The notes beneath the pieces were generated by a model. That model worked only from the letters and a program-made list of their open reading frames with translations, made no database searches and had not been told where the DNA came from. Below are positions 15,121-28,971 of a stretch of DNA of 64,000 nt, one piece after another. Within the stretch, counting starts at the first letter, position 1. Each line of letters begins with the position of its first letter. The stretch covers positions 8,060,001 through 8,124,000 of the forward strand of contig NC_134031.1 of the NCBI RefSeq assembly GCF_964204645.1, in the 5' to 3' direction. A program made the position numbers and the translations under genes. The stretch is from Tubulanus polymorphus (taxonomy: Eukaryota > Animalia > Nemertea).

Positions 15121-17610
15121 GCAATGCAGCTATCTAGTGCCATCAAAGTTTACATATCTTTTGCACCAAAAACAACTCTATGAGGATCTACGTTGGTACT
15201 AAAGATTCTCCCTGTCATCGCCATCATCATACCGTAGTTTACTGAAGTTATACCACTTCAAATTTCCAAACCATCCACAGAAAGAATATTTTGCATGAAA
15301 ATTTGTAACTTCTTTTGATGCCGTTAAAACTGCTATAATCATGTTAATATACATTGAGTAGTATGCATTATTTAAGGTGTTCTGTTTGAGTTGATGTGCA
15401 CTACGTCATCAATATTGGCATTTCAAAATAACAATTACGACTCTATGAATTTTGGCATTTGTTTTGTGATGAAATATATTTCATCACTCCTATTTTGTTT
15501 TAAAAACTTTTATATCTTTTAAATACATACTAAATTTTGAGAGGATGTGCCCTACGTCAACAATATCGGATTTAGCCGCCAGTCGATTCAAATCAATCGT
15601 TGATACATTCAAATTCAAAATCACCTCTTTGATCCTCAATATTATAGTATTATAGTATATTATTCATTGTTGATAACATTAGGCAATATATGTGTTGTAT
15701 TTTCATAAAAGGTATGACTAAACTTTCAAGTTAGGTTTAAGTTAGGTTAAGTTAAGTTTGGTTTCTTGTTGTTCCTGCTCTCACAGAACCTTTTACCTGC
15801 AATTCCAGGTATGCCCATGAATAATGAACCAGAAAAATCTGAACACTTTATAACACTTCATACTTCTTGTTTCCTACCTCTTTGTGCGAAGTTTAGATTT
15901 CCGTTTGCGTCGCTTGCCCAGACTCCACATACATGTTCTTTGCCCGCTGTACCAAACAGGTACAACATACACTTGCTAGTCACTAGTACGTAGTCGTCGC
16001 AATACGAAGTTCTGATATATTTTGATATGACCCATTAATCCAAACTGATGTCGACTTCAACGAACTTGAAGCCTACATATATTCCGTTCTGTTGATTTAC
16101 TGAACAAACGCTGAAATACGGCGTGTATAGATGATAGTCTTCATCTATGTCGAAAAGGTGAAGGAAACTGATGGCACAAAAAGCGGTTCTCGGAAGAAAT
16201 GTTTTGTTTTGAGACACGATTACGTAGAACTTACTTATCTCGCATCTAGCTTTAATGCACAGCAGATGATCATGGTAAAGAGTGCAAGTGAATTTACTGG
16301 AAAACTTTAACCCCTCGTAGCGTGCCAGTCAAACAGCAGTTCAGTTATAATACCTGATGAAACGCCATTTACTGACAAGAGCTCAACACTGATGCAGGAT
16401 AGAAGCAGAAGACTTTTAGTGCATAACCCTCCACTTCAAATGAAGCATATTGCTTTCTATACTACCACCCATTCTAGTTTTCACCTCGGTTTCAATGGGT
16501 TTGATCTGATATTGACAAATCAATCACTACGTTTTTGAATCACCAGATTCTGAACAGTTTGCCTGGTCACATGAACAGGTTATATATAACCTGAGGCAGC
16601 CTCACCAATTCATCGCAAAATATATCTCAAATCACCTAACCTTGATCATATCACAATTATGATGAGAATTCCGCGAATAAATCTCATGTACCAAATACTT
16701 GAGCACGAAAGAAGAAATCAATATAATCGACTTAAACAAAATCAACTATGAATAGCCGCTTAGATCGACGTAAGTTGCAACAGGAATTGTTATTTCATCG
16801 TAGGTAATTAGTACAATACCGCTTGGTATGTAGAAGACTCAGGTGTTCGAGAGAGGATTGTTATTCCCACTGTCGATCTACAGAGCTTTACTGCTCAATG
16901 GTTATACACGTAACGCTGCTAAGAAGCAACAATTGTTCCGGGCGTCTCAAAATTCGCCAATGTAAAACAGGAAAACACGAATTCAATGCAACATATGACA
17001 GCACTTATAATTGGAGAGTTCTAAACGTGTCAAAAGCCTTCTAGCGAGTCTACTAGCACGTCTAAGAGATTATTTGCTCTTCACGTCATAATCAGACCTG
17101 ATCAAGTTTCATCAAGAATATATAAGGAAAGGTTCAGTTTTACATACTACAGTGTGGGAATATATACATATATACCATATATACCAGAAGTAACCAAACC
17201 GAAATGGAAATTTATCTTTTTATCCGTACCAAAATCTTAATAGTCTATGAATCTTTGTCAGAAGTCACAAAATTTAGACAGGAAAAACAAGGCAAAATCA
17301 AATTAGTTAAATTAATTGTAGATATTTAGAAAGTCTAAATTTGTTTCATCAATTTAGAAAGGACCAAGCATCATACTACTGAATAGTCGGCAAGGTCCGA
17401 TTTTGCCGTGTAACTTTTTGTGAATTATTTTTGCCAATTTGTGAATATACAAACTCTGCTAAATTTGATTAACACTGTGCAGTCGCATTTGGCAACTAGA
17501 ACACATAGGCCTGTATACTTCAACAAACAAATACTTAAGATTGATTTGTTTTTCCTACGAGTTTTGCTGAATGAAATTGAATTGGATTTGATTTTATTTC
17601 TGTCAATTAA

Positions 17611-17738
17611 CCCTTTCAGCCGCAGTGTAAACGCATTATAGTGCTATTCCCGTTATTCAACACACTAGAGTGGAATTTTCCCAAATTTTCACATTTTCTC
17701 AAGCACTATAGGGTATTAATTAGTCAACACGGAAAGGG
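17611..17738. mobile_element. piggyBac-type MITE, short form
   Basis: TTAA|CCCTTT...AAAGGG|TTAA. Confidence 0.85.
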
Positions 17739-17822
17739 TTAAATGAATTTGAATTTTCTCATCCATCCCTTCAAGATTTAATCTAATTAATATGACTATA
17801 AATAGTTCATAAAAGTCTCTAT

Positions 17823-18672
17823 AGCCGCGTTCACACGACAACTACTTAGACCGGTCTTAACTGGTCCGTACTTGCTCCGGTCCAAATTTAGACCGGACCA
17901 AACTTTGGTGAGCGTTCACACGGCGTTTTGACACGCGAAAAAAATCGCTTGTCACCGGGCCCACAAGATGTCGCCATCTGCTAAATAATTAATTGCACCT
18001 GGATGAAGACTTGCTTTCAGATTCCAAGTAGAGCAAGACATTCTTCATTTGACCAATTCGATCCGCTGTCAGGTGTATACATTTTTGCGAATTCGATTTT
18101 ATTCTATCGTGCTGAAACTCTTTAAGTGTCGTTTAAACATGGTTCAAAGCACGGCAGTAAAACGGATGATGATCGCGATATACGAATACGAATTACGCTC
18201 CAAAAATTTCCATTGAATAGAGAGGGAAAACAGTACTTAAAAATAATTACATAAACGGTAATAAAAGCATTTAAAACTTAATAAACTGGACTCACACTCT
18301 ACCAAAAATTTCCATTGAATATGGAGGAAAAACAGTACTTAAAAATAATTACATAAACGGTAATAAAAGCATTTAAAACTTAATAAACTGGACTCATACT
18401 CTACCGCAGAGGTTGCGACATCTACCGCAGAGATTCAGAATTACGATTTAGACCGGACCTGGTACCAGTTTCGGTCCACACACGCATATTTAAACCGGTT
18501 CAAAATTTGGTCCGGACCTGCTTCGCTCTTTTAGACCGTGCCAAATTAGACCAGTCTAAACTAGACCAGTCTAATTTGGAATGGTATTTTTGCCCGTGTG
18601 AACGCTTGGTCCGGTCTAAATCTGACCGGACCAAATTTAGACCGGTCTAAATTTCGTCGTGTGAACGCGCCT
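17823..18672. mobile_element. Harbinger-type MITE with internal 102-bp tandem duplication (18200-18403)
   Basis: TIR agccgcgttcacacgac / gtcgtgtgaacgcgcct; tagaccgg subterminal repeats. Confidence 0.85.
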
Positions 18673-18769
18673 TAAGACACAATCTGCACCACTGAGTGGG
18701 TCACTCGACTACTACTAAAATTTCAAAGTGAGATATGATGATTGAGTTTTATATAAGCTGATTCATAAC

Positions 18770-19255
18770 CACTATTCTGTTTTAGATGAACTCATTCCGC
18801 CGCTTCAGAGAAGTACTCGCACCCCATGGTCATAGCCTCAAGATTCAAAAACTGAGATATAGAACGAACTTCTGTGAACCCATGGAACAGTTTGCCTACT
18901 GTTACCAACGCGGTCGAGACACCCTCATTAACCCTTTCAGTGCATCTACACTGTAGTGCAGTGTATAAATCAGTGATGAATTTTGCTAGTACAACGCACT
19001 GCGGTGTATTGATGTAATTAGTAATTAGTTTTTATCTCTATTTAAGATGGCAGCACCTGTCAAACATAGTGAAATATTAGTAACTAACGATACACCATGC
19101 CAGGGTGTAGACGCACTATAGTGGTATTCCCGTTATTCAACACACTGGGATGGAATTTTTCAAAATTTCCAAAATATCTCCAGCACTATAGGGTATTAAT
19201 TAGTCAGCACTAAAGGGTTAAACTGCTTTAAAGTGTGACTTGATAAGCACTGGGG
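18770..19255 (+). mobile_element. CR1-type LINE 3' relic
   Basis: GHSLKI...WNSLP...PSLN|CFK..LDKHW reads across the piggyBac TTAA. Confidence 0.55.
18932..19217. mobile_element. piggyBac-type MITE, longer form of the same family, inserted in a CR1 relic
   Basis: TTAA|CCCTTT...AAAGGG|TTAA; right half homologous to 17611-17738. Confidence 0.85.
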
Positions 19256-20018
19256 AAGTAATCGGCTTGGATTTATATAAGTTTTTGGCCAACCCATGGC
19301 ATTTGTGTGAAGTTCTTCCCTTCGAACATTCGCGCACTCTCTCATTGGACAAGAACCATAATCAAAAACGTTACAAAATTGTCAATTGACAATTACCGAT
19401 AAGCCACTAGGCTAACATAAGATTTCAACGACTTTAGATTTAGACGAAAGACCAGCGCTGGTTATGCGTCATGAAATACTGATAACTGACTCAATCAAGT
19501 CACAATGATGGTTTAGAAGAGCCCCACAGGGCACGATAGCCAGCCTGTTAGAGTTCACTTGTTGGAGGAATATGATGCAATTTGTGGGCTATTGCTGTAT
19601 TTTTCTGCTTTGATTTAATTTATATTATTCCTCTCAATGATTTGCCACTGATTTAAAATTGATGTTTTCGTGAATAAAATTCGATTTGTTTGTTTAATTA
19701 TCTGAATAAAATTGAATTGAATTCAATGCTTTTTGCTGAATAAAATTGAATTGAATTCAATGCTTTTTGCTGAATAAAAATAAATGAATTTACAAGCACA
19801 TGGCTATTGAGCATATCACAGGATCCACGCCTACAGCAGCGACTTGAGAAAATGCTATTTTACCCAACCCTTACACAATCAAAGATAAGTTTTCGGTTGT
19901 ACATTTGAAGAAGTCCTCCCATAAACTGAATCAATTCAAGATTTCAGGGATATTAAACTTGAAATTATTCATAAAATGAACTCGGAATGAAATAGAGTAT
20001 TCTAGAATACGATGATAC

Positions 20019-20469
20019 CGGTCATCCTTATTACCGAGATGACGTATTTTACCGAGATGAACCGAGACGAACCGAGATGAAATGAAGTATAACATATCTA
20101 TTTATTCCTTATCGATTTTAACAATTGACAACATATCATATCAGTAATAAATGCCTGCTGGAGTAATATTTTACATATTTTGTCGGATATTTTTGTAGAA
20201 AAATAAGTTAACTTTACCAAGATGAGATCGTTGATCAATCAAATTCAATGAAATTTTATTGCTAACCGAGTTTACGTATTTGAGGTCAAAATTTTTTTAA
20301 ATAAAAAAAATATGTAAAATATGACTCTAGAAGGTATTTATTACTGATATAACATGATTTCAAGTGTTAAAATCGATAAGGAATAAATAAATATGCTATA
20401 TTTCATTTCATCTCGGTTCGTCTCGGTTCATCTCGGTAAAATACGTCATCTCGGTAATAAGGATGACCC
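20019..20469. mobile_element. Mutator/MULE-type foldback MITE
   Basis: ~190-bp inverted arms with accgaga repeats; perfect 9-bp TSD CGATGATAC. Confidence 0.9.
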
Positions 20470-23400
20470 CGATGATACTGGGGCCGCGGGTTTCACGTGC
20501 GCAGATGCTGATATCAGAGAGGAGACTTTACTCTCTGATTGGCTTCCTGAAGCTTATCTTATTCCACCTGGACTAAATTTCTTTCAAATTGGCTACACTA
20601 TTATGCAACTTTTAGAAGGTAATTCTCTAAAACATTAGAACCGAAGTAAGTGTTCGGTAAAATTTACCAGTACAAGGACTCTTCTGCTAATCAAGTATTG
20701 ACAAAGCTATTCCTTTGGAAAGCATTTTGGCTATATTCACGTAGTACAAGTACAGCTATACGCAGAGACTGGCCTAAAAAAGATCTACAGACACAATGTT
20801 TAAAAGGCCTTTATAATATTAAGTGATGTAGTCATCCATATATTAATTAAATTCGTTAATAAACAAATTTCAATGACTCGCCAACAGATTTGTATTCACA
20901 ATATTTTCTAAAATGATTTTGATCAACTATCATCATCATTCAGTGTACTACAATGATAAGAAGTTTTAGCCAAAATCCTAGAACTATTCCTTTCTGCAAA
21001 CGCAGTCTTAGAGACGAGTGTGTGCTTCGCATCAGTTACACACACAACTGATTTCCAGACATAGTCATAATAGCTCTCTCATTCCTCCGGAGCTAAAAAA
21101 AATATGGCCAACATTCATGAAACTTCAAAATATCGATTGTCGGTTTGTTGGATTGAACCATTTCTGTTTGTGAGAACAGAAACTGGTTCCAGGCCCGTTC
21201 TTTAATCTAGTAATGAATCTCATTAGTACCGGTAGATATTGCAATCAACTTTCACTTTATTCAATACATTTTGGTAGTTCTAAAGTTGGACTTTTTAATA
21301 CATCAAAGTCCCTAAAGGTATGTAGATTTAAATAGTTTTCACAGAATTAACTAAAGGATAATAAAAAATAATATTATGTATTTCATCACACATCGCGAGC
21401 AGGGCATAATTATCGATTGTGGATAAATGTCATACAATTTATGATTTAGGGTCATCTATAACTCCAAAATTTATATTTCAAATGCAACAACCACCAATTC
21501 TATTAGTTCCTCTTCATACCATGAAACAGCCACAAAGAATTTTATGCATCTAATTTGATTATTGAGTTATCACAAAATCCATGCATCATACGTATCTTCA
21601 GTGAAATTCTAATTTGTATCTCAAAAAATGAAAAAGTTACAGCCAATGACACAAAATTACCAATTTTTTTGAGGTGCCTTCCAAAAGTGACGTATCTTTT
21701 TTAAACTGTAACTGTGTTCGATTGTGGCAGCCAAGAAAAATGAAATAAACACCATCAGAAAATAGAAATTGTCCATTTTCTAAAGATTCATAAGTTTAAA
21801 TTTTGTGCCTAAAGAGGGATGGACGACAATATCAATTGCCCTAAAGGTTTTAGTTTTAAAAATGTTAAAATCTGTCCAACAATGCGGGACCTGTCAGAAA
21901 GCCTCAAAATGGTCCCTGGTAACTGGAAACTTCCCTATTAAGAAATCATGTCATATTTGGACAAATCGCATTTTCTTCCGCGAAAATATATTGCTTTACT
22001 TGAATACTATTTCTCTAAAGTACAGGCTCATGGTGGCTTCTCCACATATCGACACATTATTTTTATTGATAAAACATTTGTTTCAATAAACCATTTTTCT
22101 CAAATGCACACGCCACAGCTATTTATTATTTCAGTCCTGTTTCCATGTTTCCCTACGGTATGTGTTGAGCTTCAGTAGGTGAGAGTAAGTAGAAATCATT
22201 GCCCATGGGCCCAGTGGTTTACTTCATGAAATGGAGAGTGGAGCTAATTAAATAGAGTCCACAATACAAGAGAGTAAAAAGAAATAGATTGTGGGCAATG
22301 ATTAGCAGCTATCCTTGATTCAAGACTAAGCATTGCCAGATAACTTTCAGGAAAATGAACAAGTACGCAGTAGCAGAAACATGACCTATCGGCAGCAGCC
22401 AGGGGGACCGGGCGACTGACCAGAACTGACCAACCAGAACAGATACCATCATGCTACAGTCAACAGTATAATTGTGACTGGTTGTTAAAAACTGATTCTT
22501 AAGGGAAATTGCTGAAAAAAATTGCACTTGGCAAATGCAAAACATGAAATGTAAATGAATTTCCCAAATATTTCCCTGATTTGAGGAATTTCTTGTCAGA
22601 AGATTTCGCTCTCAGCCACAGACACTGTTAAGGTCATCAACTTAAAGGAAACTATCATGTTATGATGCCCTGGTTCTTGAAACAAAGCCTTTACTGTGAC
22701 AATGATGTTTTTAAATATCCTACACAATATTGAATCAGTTTTTTTGTATTTTCTATATGCAAATAAGTATTGCGTAAAATTCATCGGCATATTCATACAT
22801 CAGTTATTTTTTTTCATGAAACTAACCATGAAAACCGCTGGCACACCCAAAATGAATTTTAGAATGCAAAATATTTCAAATGAATATTTCTATTCATAAA
22901 ATGATGATTTATTCTGAAGCTTAGTTAAGCAGTGTAAATGTTTTACTAAATGGCCTACCAATGACACTTCCGTAGCTGTTGTAGCAGGTGCGAGTAGTGG
23001 CGATTGAATATTGTGATGCATACGAATACAATCGATCTTTATTAAACTTTAGCAATACAAGGAAACTCCATCACAAGATCATAGGTAGGTCATCGATGAT
23101 CATACATTTGTGCCATAAAATCAAGGATCAGCAAAATCAACCATAAAAATATCATTTTTGCCACGCATTTCTTGAACCATTCATAAGACCGTGCGCTCAT
23201 AAAAATCAGACACCTATTGAATGACATTTTGTGCCACAAAAAAACCAGGCACAGTCACTAATAAATTGCCCATGGGCAAAGTGTGGTTTACCTTGAAAGC
23301 TAGAGGTTGTTTGGAGTAAGGGCATTGCTTGAACAATCTTTTTAATTCGTGACTTCAAAGTTCTAGAAGTTTTTATTGTATTTTATCTTTCTTAAATTTT

Positions 23401-24205
23401 ATTTTAATGCGCACGTGGAGGCCTTGTATAGTGAATGTTCGCTTCACTTCAATCTCAATCAAAACAATCACCAGGTATTAAAATGAAACAATACCTATGG
23501 CGATATGTGAAATAATTATATTCTCACCAGCAATGAGCATTTAAAATTCGCACATATACGGCACCTAGTCCAATGAAACGTTCGCCATTAATGGCTTTCC
23601 CATAATCATTTTAGTAGCGCCGGAATAAAGAAGTTTCCAGTTTCTAGGCGCCATTTTGTGGCGGTCCGCGAGGTCCCCATTGTTGCGATTAATTTGCGCT
23701 CTTTTTTGAAACAAAAGTTTAGATTGAATATCATATAGCTCAACAGTCCCTTGCTTGATTAACTTAATTTATACACCGCTATGAAGGAAATGACATCTAG
23801 ATTTTTCCTAGTGATTCTAAAATATTTTGACTGCAACAATTGGGAGCAGTAATGATATTAAACCAGGAACCGCATATTTTAACCACGCGTCAAAAAAATC
23901 GCAAAGTTTATCCATTTTAAAATATCTAATTATCTGGTTAAGCTATCTTTCTCATTTTTTCTATGTTTAAAGAACATTATTTGCATTGCGTTGAAATTTT
24001 TCAAATATCTTTCTCGACGACTGATCTGTAACCGCTTGAGTTTGAGATTACGTGCCGCGGGAATTTTCCACTGCGCACCGCCGTGTCACTGAACATGGAA
24101 ATATGCGAAGAAAATCGCTAAAATGATATATTTGAAAATAATACTGGACTTTTAATTGTAGCCAATTTTTTTCTATGGTTATCTATATTGTCATATCCGT
24201 TGAAA

Positions 24206-25593
24206 ATGGAGTTTGAGTGTTATGAGGACTTTGAGTTTTGTAGCGTTGGAGAATTAAAGGATTTCTTGTCAGAAAGAGGACTTACTGTAATTGGTAGCAA
24301 AAACGAACTCGTGGCGAGAGCTTTCTGTGCTTTTGAACAGAATTTACCGCTTACGGTTGGAGATCCCGAGAAAATAAATATTTTGAAAAGGGAATATGAT
24401 GCTCGGCTGAAAGCTGCCAAACTGGGCGTTGACCCTCTAAAGCAGAGCATCAAATGGGGGACTGATATTTCGGTAATCCCCAAAGAATTTGACATCGGTA
24501 AGGTTTTCGAATTTATACTGAGAAATAGAGAGCATGATGTAGATTATATGGGAAGATACAAAACGGCGAAGGCGTATTCGTATTATAAAAGTAATTTTGT
24601 TGGAGTTATTTCGACTGCTTTAATTGCTAATGTCGTTGTGATATCTTGTCGAGTGAAACCGTCACAAAAAATGTCCGAGGCTTCTCAAAATGTTTGGGCC
24701 GCTTTTGCCAAAGATGGTTTCATCCTTACTGCTTGGTGCTCCTGTACAGCGGGATACAGTCGCACATGTAATCATGTTGTGGCGATGTTATACAAAGCAC
24801 AGACGCTTGTCGAAATGTGGTTGCAGACCCCTTCATCGACCGATCTGCTGTGCAAGTGGAATATTCCCGCAGTGAAAATGATAACACCACAAAAGATCTC
24901 TGAGCTGCAACTTCGGTTGGATATCGTCCAACTAGAAGGAAGAAGAGGATCAGCAAATACGTCTTACGATCCCAGAATGAGGGATCACGAGAGAAACGTA
25001 AGTTTTTGACTTAGGTCTATCGTTATCCCCTAAATTGACTTCCACATTCTGATATATTAACTTGTTGTAAACCATTTTAGCTTGAACAAGAAATCGGCAC
25101 CAGGCTAGAACAACTTCATGTGACAGTCCCTAACTGCGCCGTCCTAACTTCCATAGCAGGCCAGACTGGAAATCAAGCTAGACGAAGTATGCTCCCGCCA
25201 AATACAGTGGAAGCAGTATTGGAATTACAACCTAAAGATGTCCCCGTGGAAAGTGTAATAAACAGTATCAGATTAGGCGAGAAGGAGAGAAATTACGTTG
25301 AAATCTTCACAAGAGATCAAGCGTCATCAGATATTTGGCAAGATCAGAGAAGGGGAAGGATCACGGCATCTAAGTGTCACTCTATAATGACAAAATATAA
25401 TTCATTCTTGCGTAACAAAAGACCAGTTAAAAATTCAAAAATTATACACAACCTCATCTTTGGTGAAGAATCTATCGACCACCTACCGGCTGTAAAACAT
25501 GGCATTATAAACGAACAAAATGCCAGAAGTGACTTCATGAGACTCTACGCCACAAAACACCGCAGATTTAAATTGCGGAGAGCTGGTTTGCAG
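24206..25593 (+). CDS. SAP-like + SWIM zinc finger + N-terminal half of YqaJ/lambda-exonuclease-like nuclease (exons 24206-24997 and 25081-25593), 3'-truncated
   Basis: ELKDFLSERGL..GSKNELVAR; WCSCTAGYSRTCNHVVAML; in-frame gtaagt...ttttag intron; TRDQASSDIWQDQRRGRITAS and KHGIINE. Confidence 0.8.
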
Positions 25594-26909
25594 GTAAATT
25601 GGTAAAAAATTGAGATTGAGATCTGAGATTGCTCAATGCTGCGCACACCACGACAATGTCATCAACAAGTGGTAACAACTTTAAAGGAATCACATCTGCG
25701 AGAATCCTGTAGTATTTCATACGCCCGATAGCTTTCTCGACGAATATCCTGGTGTTTGCAATTCGCGTTGTTTTTACTGATTCTTCGTGACTGAGCGGAA
25801 TACCAGTTTTCACGCTCGGTGGTATAGCCAATGTTGCACGTCGAAGTAACAGTTCTTCAGTAATTTTGAATCCACGGTCAGCTAAGACCTGATCGTCTGC
25901 TTCAATCAAATCCAGTACTTTACTGTCTGTGAAAATATATTTATCGCTTGCACGTCCTCCGTAGCATTTTGAAACGAATGTGATGGCGCCCGTTGGAGAT
26001 ATAGAAACCAGAAACTTAATCGTTGTGTCGTGTTTATAGTCACTCCACAGAGACGCTTGGATGTCAAGAGCTGAAGGTGTTTCAGTGGGAATCTCTGTGC
26101 AATCAATTACACATCGTATTCGTGGAAACCATTTCCTAAAAACCTTTGGTAGCGTTATTCTCACATCACCTTTTGATGGCCAGATTATAAGGAACGACAG
26201 CTCCCTTGAGAGGAGACAGATCCAAGTGTGAAATATTCTGGATACTGTGCTTTTACTGACTCGAAATCGAGATGCTAGATCTCCGGTGAACAGATTTAGC
26301 CGCAACTTTATCATAACCAAGAGGAATTCCTGCTCGATATCGAGTTTCCGCCCGGGTCCTCGCTTGCTGCTATCTGTGACTGTGGTTTGAACTCTGCCCC
26401 GCCAGTGCTTCATGATTCTAGCTTCGGGAAGTAACCAACTGAAAACCATATTAAATATAGCTGTTCCCTCGAAGCCCGTGTAAAACCGAACATCCATCTC
26501 TCGAGTAAGATCTTCAAAACGAAGTTCAGGACCAAGTGTCTGTATTCCAACCGCCTTTGTCGCTGCGTCTGTGTGCAAAGTTTCTTCTTCGTGTTCACAA
26601 AAACAAGAATTGGTTCTTTGAAGCTTTCGTCGTGGTGCTTTGGCCCCATTCGTCATAAAACAAGTCGGTATTGGCTCTTCTTCGGTTGGTCGCCCATTCA
26701 GGAAGTGGTTTGAGCATACATAAGTATAAGTATTGATCTCAAAATCTGGCCGTCCTTTTCTAATTTCCGTTAACCAATTATTCTCTTCTGTCGCCTTCTG
26801 GTGGTCGATGGAACTGCAAACGTTTTACGTGCGCTTCTTTTCTCTGTTCATCTGGTTTATCTCTACTATTTTGACAGCCATTTACACAGCAATTATCTTT
26901 CTTCCCCAT
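25568..26909 (-). pseudogene. THAP + HTH + DDE_Tnp_4 transposase, frameshifted near 26795
   Basis: MGKKDNCCVNGC...FHRP / W...VCSNHF...PIPTCF (THAP); catalytic IDCTE, LADRGF, RIFVEKAIGRMK. Confidence 0.88.
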
Positions 26910-28873
26910 TATCGGTAAATCTTACGAAATCATAACCATTACAACCGTTATGTATCCATGAAAACGATATGAAATGGAATTTTAGCGATTTCGTTCGCAT
27001 ATTTCCATGTTCAGTGACACGGCGGTGCACAGTGGAAAATTCCCGCGGCACGTAATCTCAAACTCAAGCGGTTACAGATCAGTTGTCAGGAAAGATATTT
27101 GAAAAATTTCAACGCAGCCAAAACTGCAAATAATGTTCTTTAAACATAGAAAAAATGAGAAATATAGCTTTAACAGATACTTAGATATTTTAAAATGTAT
27201 AAACTTTGCGATTTTTTTGACGTGCGGTTAAAATATGCAGTTCCTGGTTTAATATCATTACTGCTCCCAATTGTTGCGGTCAAAATATTTGAGAATCACT
27301 AGGAAAAATCTAGATGCCATTTCCTTCATAGCGGTGTATAAATCAAGTTAATCAAGCAAGGGAATGTAGAGCTATATGATATTCAATCTAAACTTTTGTT
27401 TCAAAAAATAGCGCAAATTATCGCAACAATGGGGACCTCGAGGGACCGCCACAAAATGGCGCCTAGAAACTGGAATCTTCTTTATTCCCCGTACATCCCA
27501 AAAGCAGCCAATCACATTCGCTCGTAAAGACGACGCCCCCAATCAAGGTCATTGCAATTTTATATGCAAGAGCTAATTTTCCCGCCAAAAACAGTTTTTC
27601 GTCGAATATAAACAAAGTTGACCATGTCCGTCATGTCTTAAATCGCATCGATTACACGTCATTTAACCCGAGAACCAATGAAAAACATTAAAAAATGTAC
27701 AGCAATTTTACATGAATTGGCTCAATGCCAACCTCATACTGCTGACAAAGGCAAACCAAAAAGTGACAGCATAGGCAAACCAAAAATAAGAAAGAACAAG
27801 CCTCTGACTTCTTATACCTTGAGGCAATCTAAGATTTAGATTAATCTAAGTTCCCGATGTACTTCAGAAACAGTCTTATGTAAGCCAATCAGAGGCAAAT
27901 TTCTCCCGTCAAATCAGATTTGCTTTTAAGTAATATCGTATTTATCCGGGGACAATCAAATTTGATTCAGTCTAATTTTCTAATTTGATGGTGAACTCAC
28001 TATTTCTTTTTCACAAGAGTTTCTGCCATTCAACGAACATGCCCTCAGCTGTTTTAAAAAACTCGATGTCCCATCAACTAGAGATTTTTAAAATCAACAA
28101 TCAGTGTTATCAGATAAAGAAAACCCTATAAAATCTGCCCTAGCTTTTGGAAAACTGATCAAAATGGTCAAAAACTCAAACTGAAACTGAAACTCATGTG
28201 TCGTAGAAAATGATAGTCTATGACCAGGGACAGCATTTTCACTTGTAAGTTTATACTGATGTGCAAATTGGATTTGATTAGACGACACGTGATGAGTAAA
28301 TTACGATAAGGGAAATCAAATCTGATTTGACAGGATAACTTTGTCTTAGTTTTTCATCGGAGATTCGTTCTATCAATACCACGCATCTGATTGGCTAAAT
28401 ATATAGACTGGTGACCGCTAGGACATTATATCAGTTACAGTGTATTTTCAATGACAGGAAAATAGTGTATCGGGATCTCAGTGGTTGTTCGGAATTTCTG
28501 ACGTCTCCGCATAATTACCTTCTTTCTAAGTATATATTACTTCATGCCTTGTCAACCACTTATTACATACTCAGTCCAAAATTTACTCAATTAACCTGTT
28601 GCCCCTCGTTTTTAGTCTCAATCTCACACCAGACGATGATCTCTAGGGTAAGATCGAAACATCATGTCCTTTAATATATTTTTTGATTCAATGAATAATC
28701 GGTTTTTAATACTTTTAATCAGTGAATAGTGGGTTTTTATCATATCGTCTTCTCTCCCTGTTTGATTGTGGCTATTCGACCAGCACCGTATATATGTTTT
28801 CCAAAAACACATCAGATAATAAAGCAAACAGAAACATCGGAATTTAGCAGAGCAATGTGAATATTTTGACTAC

Positions 28874-28971
28874 CTTGCTGGTACTTGGGGTGCAGAACTT
28901 GAACTGGTGGATGTATCCGGTGAACTTTGACTGCGATCACTGTTGCATAATGGACTAGCATTCTGGTATCT
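28874..28971 (-). CDS. SH2D5: SH2D5-like exon 8 (RYQNASP...APQVPA); gene continues 3'
   Basis: 98 bp, tttcag| ... ag|gtagtc, ends in phase 2. Confidence 0.7.

Larger units (their letters stand above)
23622..27488. mobile_element. ISL2EU-type (PIF/Harbinger-ISL2EU group) DNA transposon, internally deleted
   Basis: ~500-bp TIRs (23622-~24124 and ~26979-27488, GGAATAAAGAAG...) enclosing convergent THAP-DDE transposase and SWIM-YqaJ genes; CC on both flanks. Confidence 0.85.

Noticed and set aside
22959-23036. Possible next SH2D5-like exon (also ~11355-11426)
   Set aside because: AG/GT boundaries exist, but there is no recognisable homology and the phase is ambiguous or incompatible.
176-23500. 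The many 60-120-aa ORFs in the left third
   Set aside because: No domain motifs; several overlap MITEs; frequency is consistent with chance in non-coding DNA.
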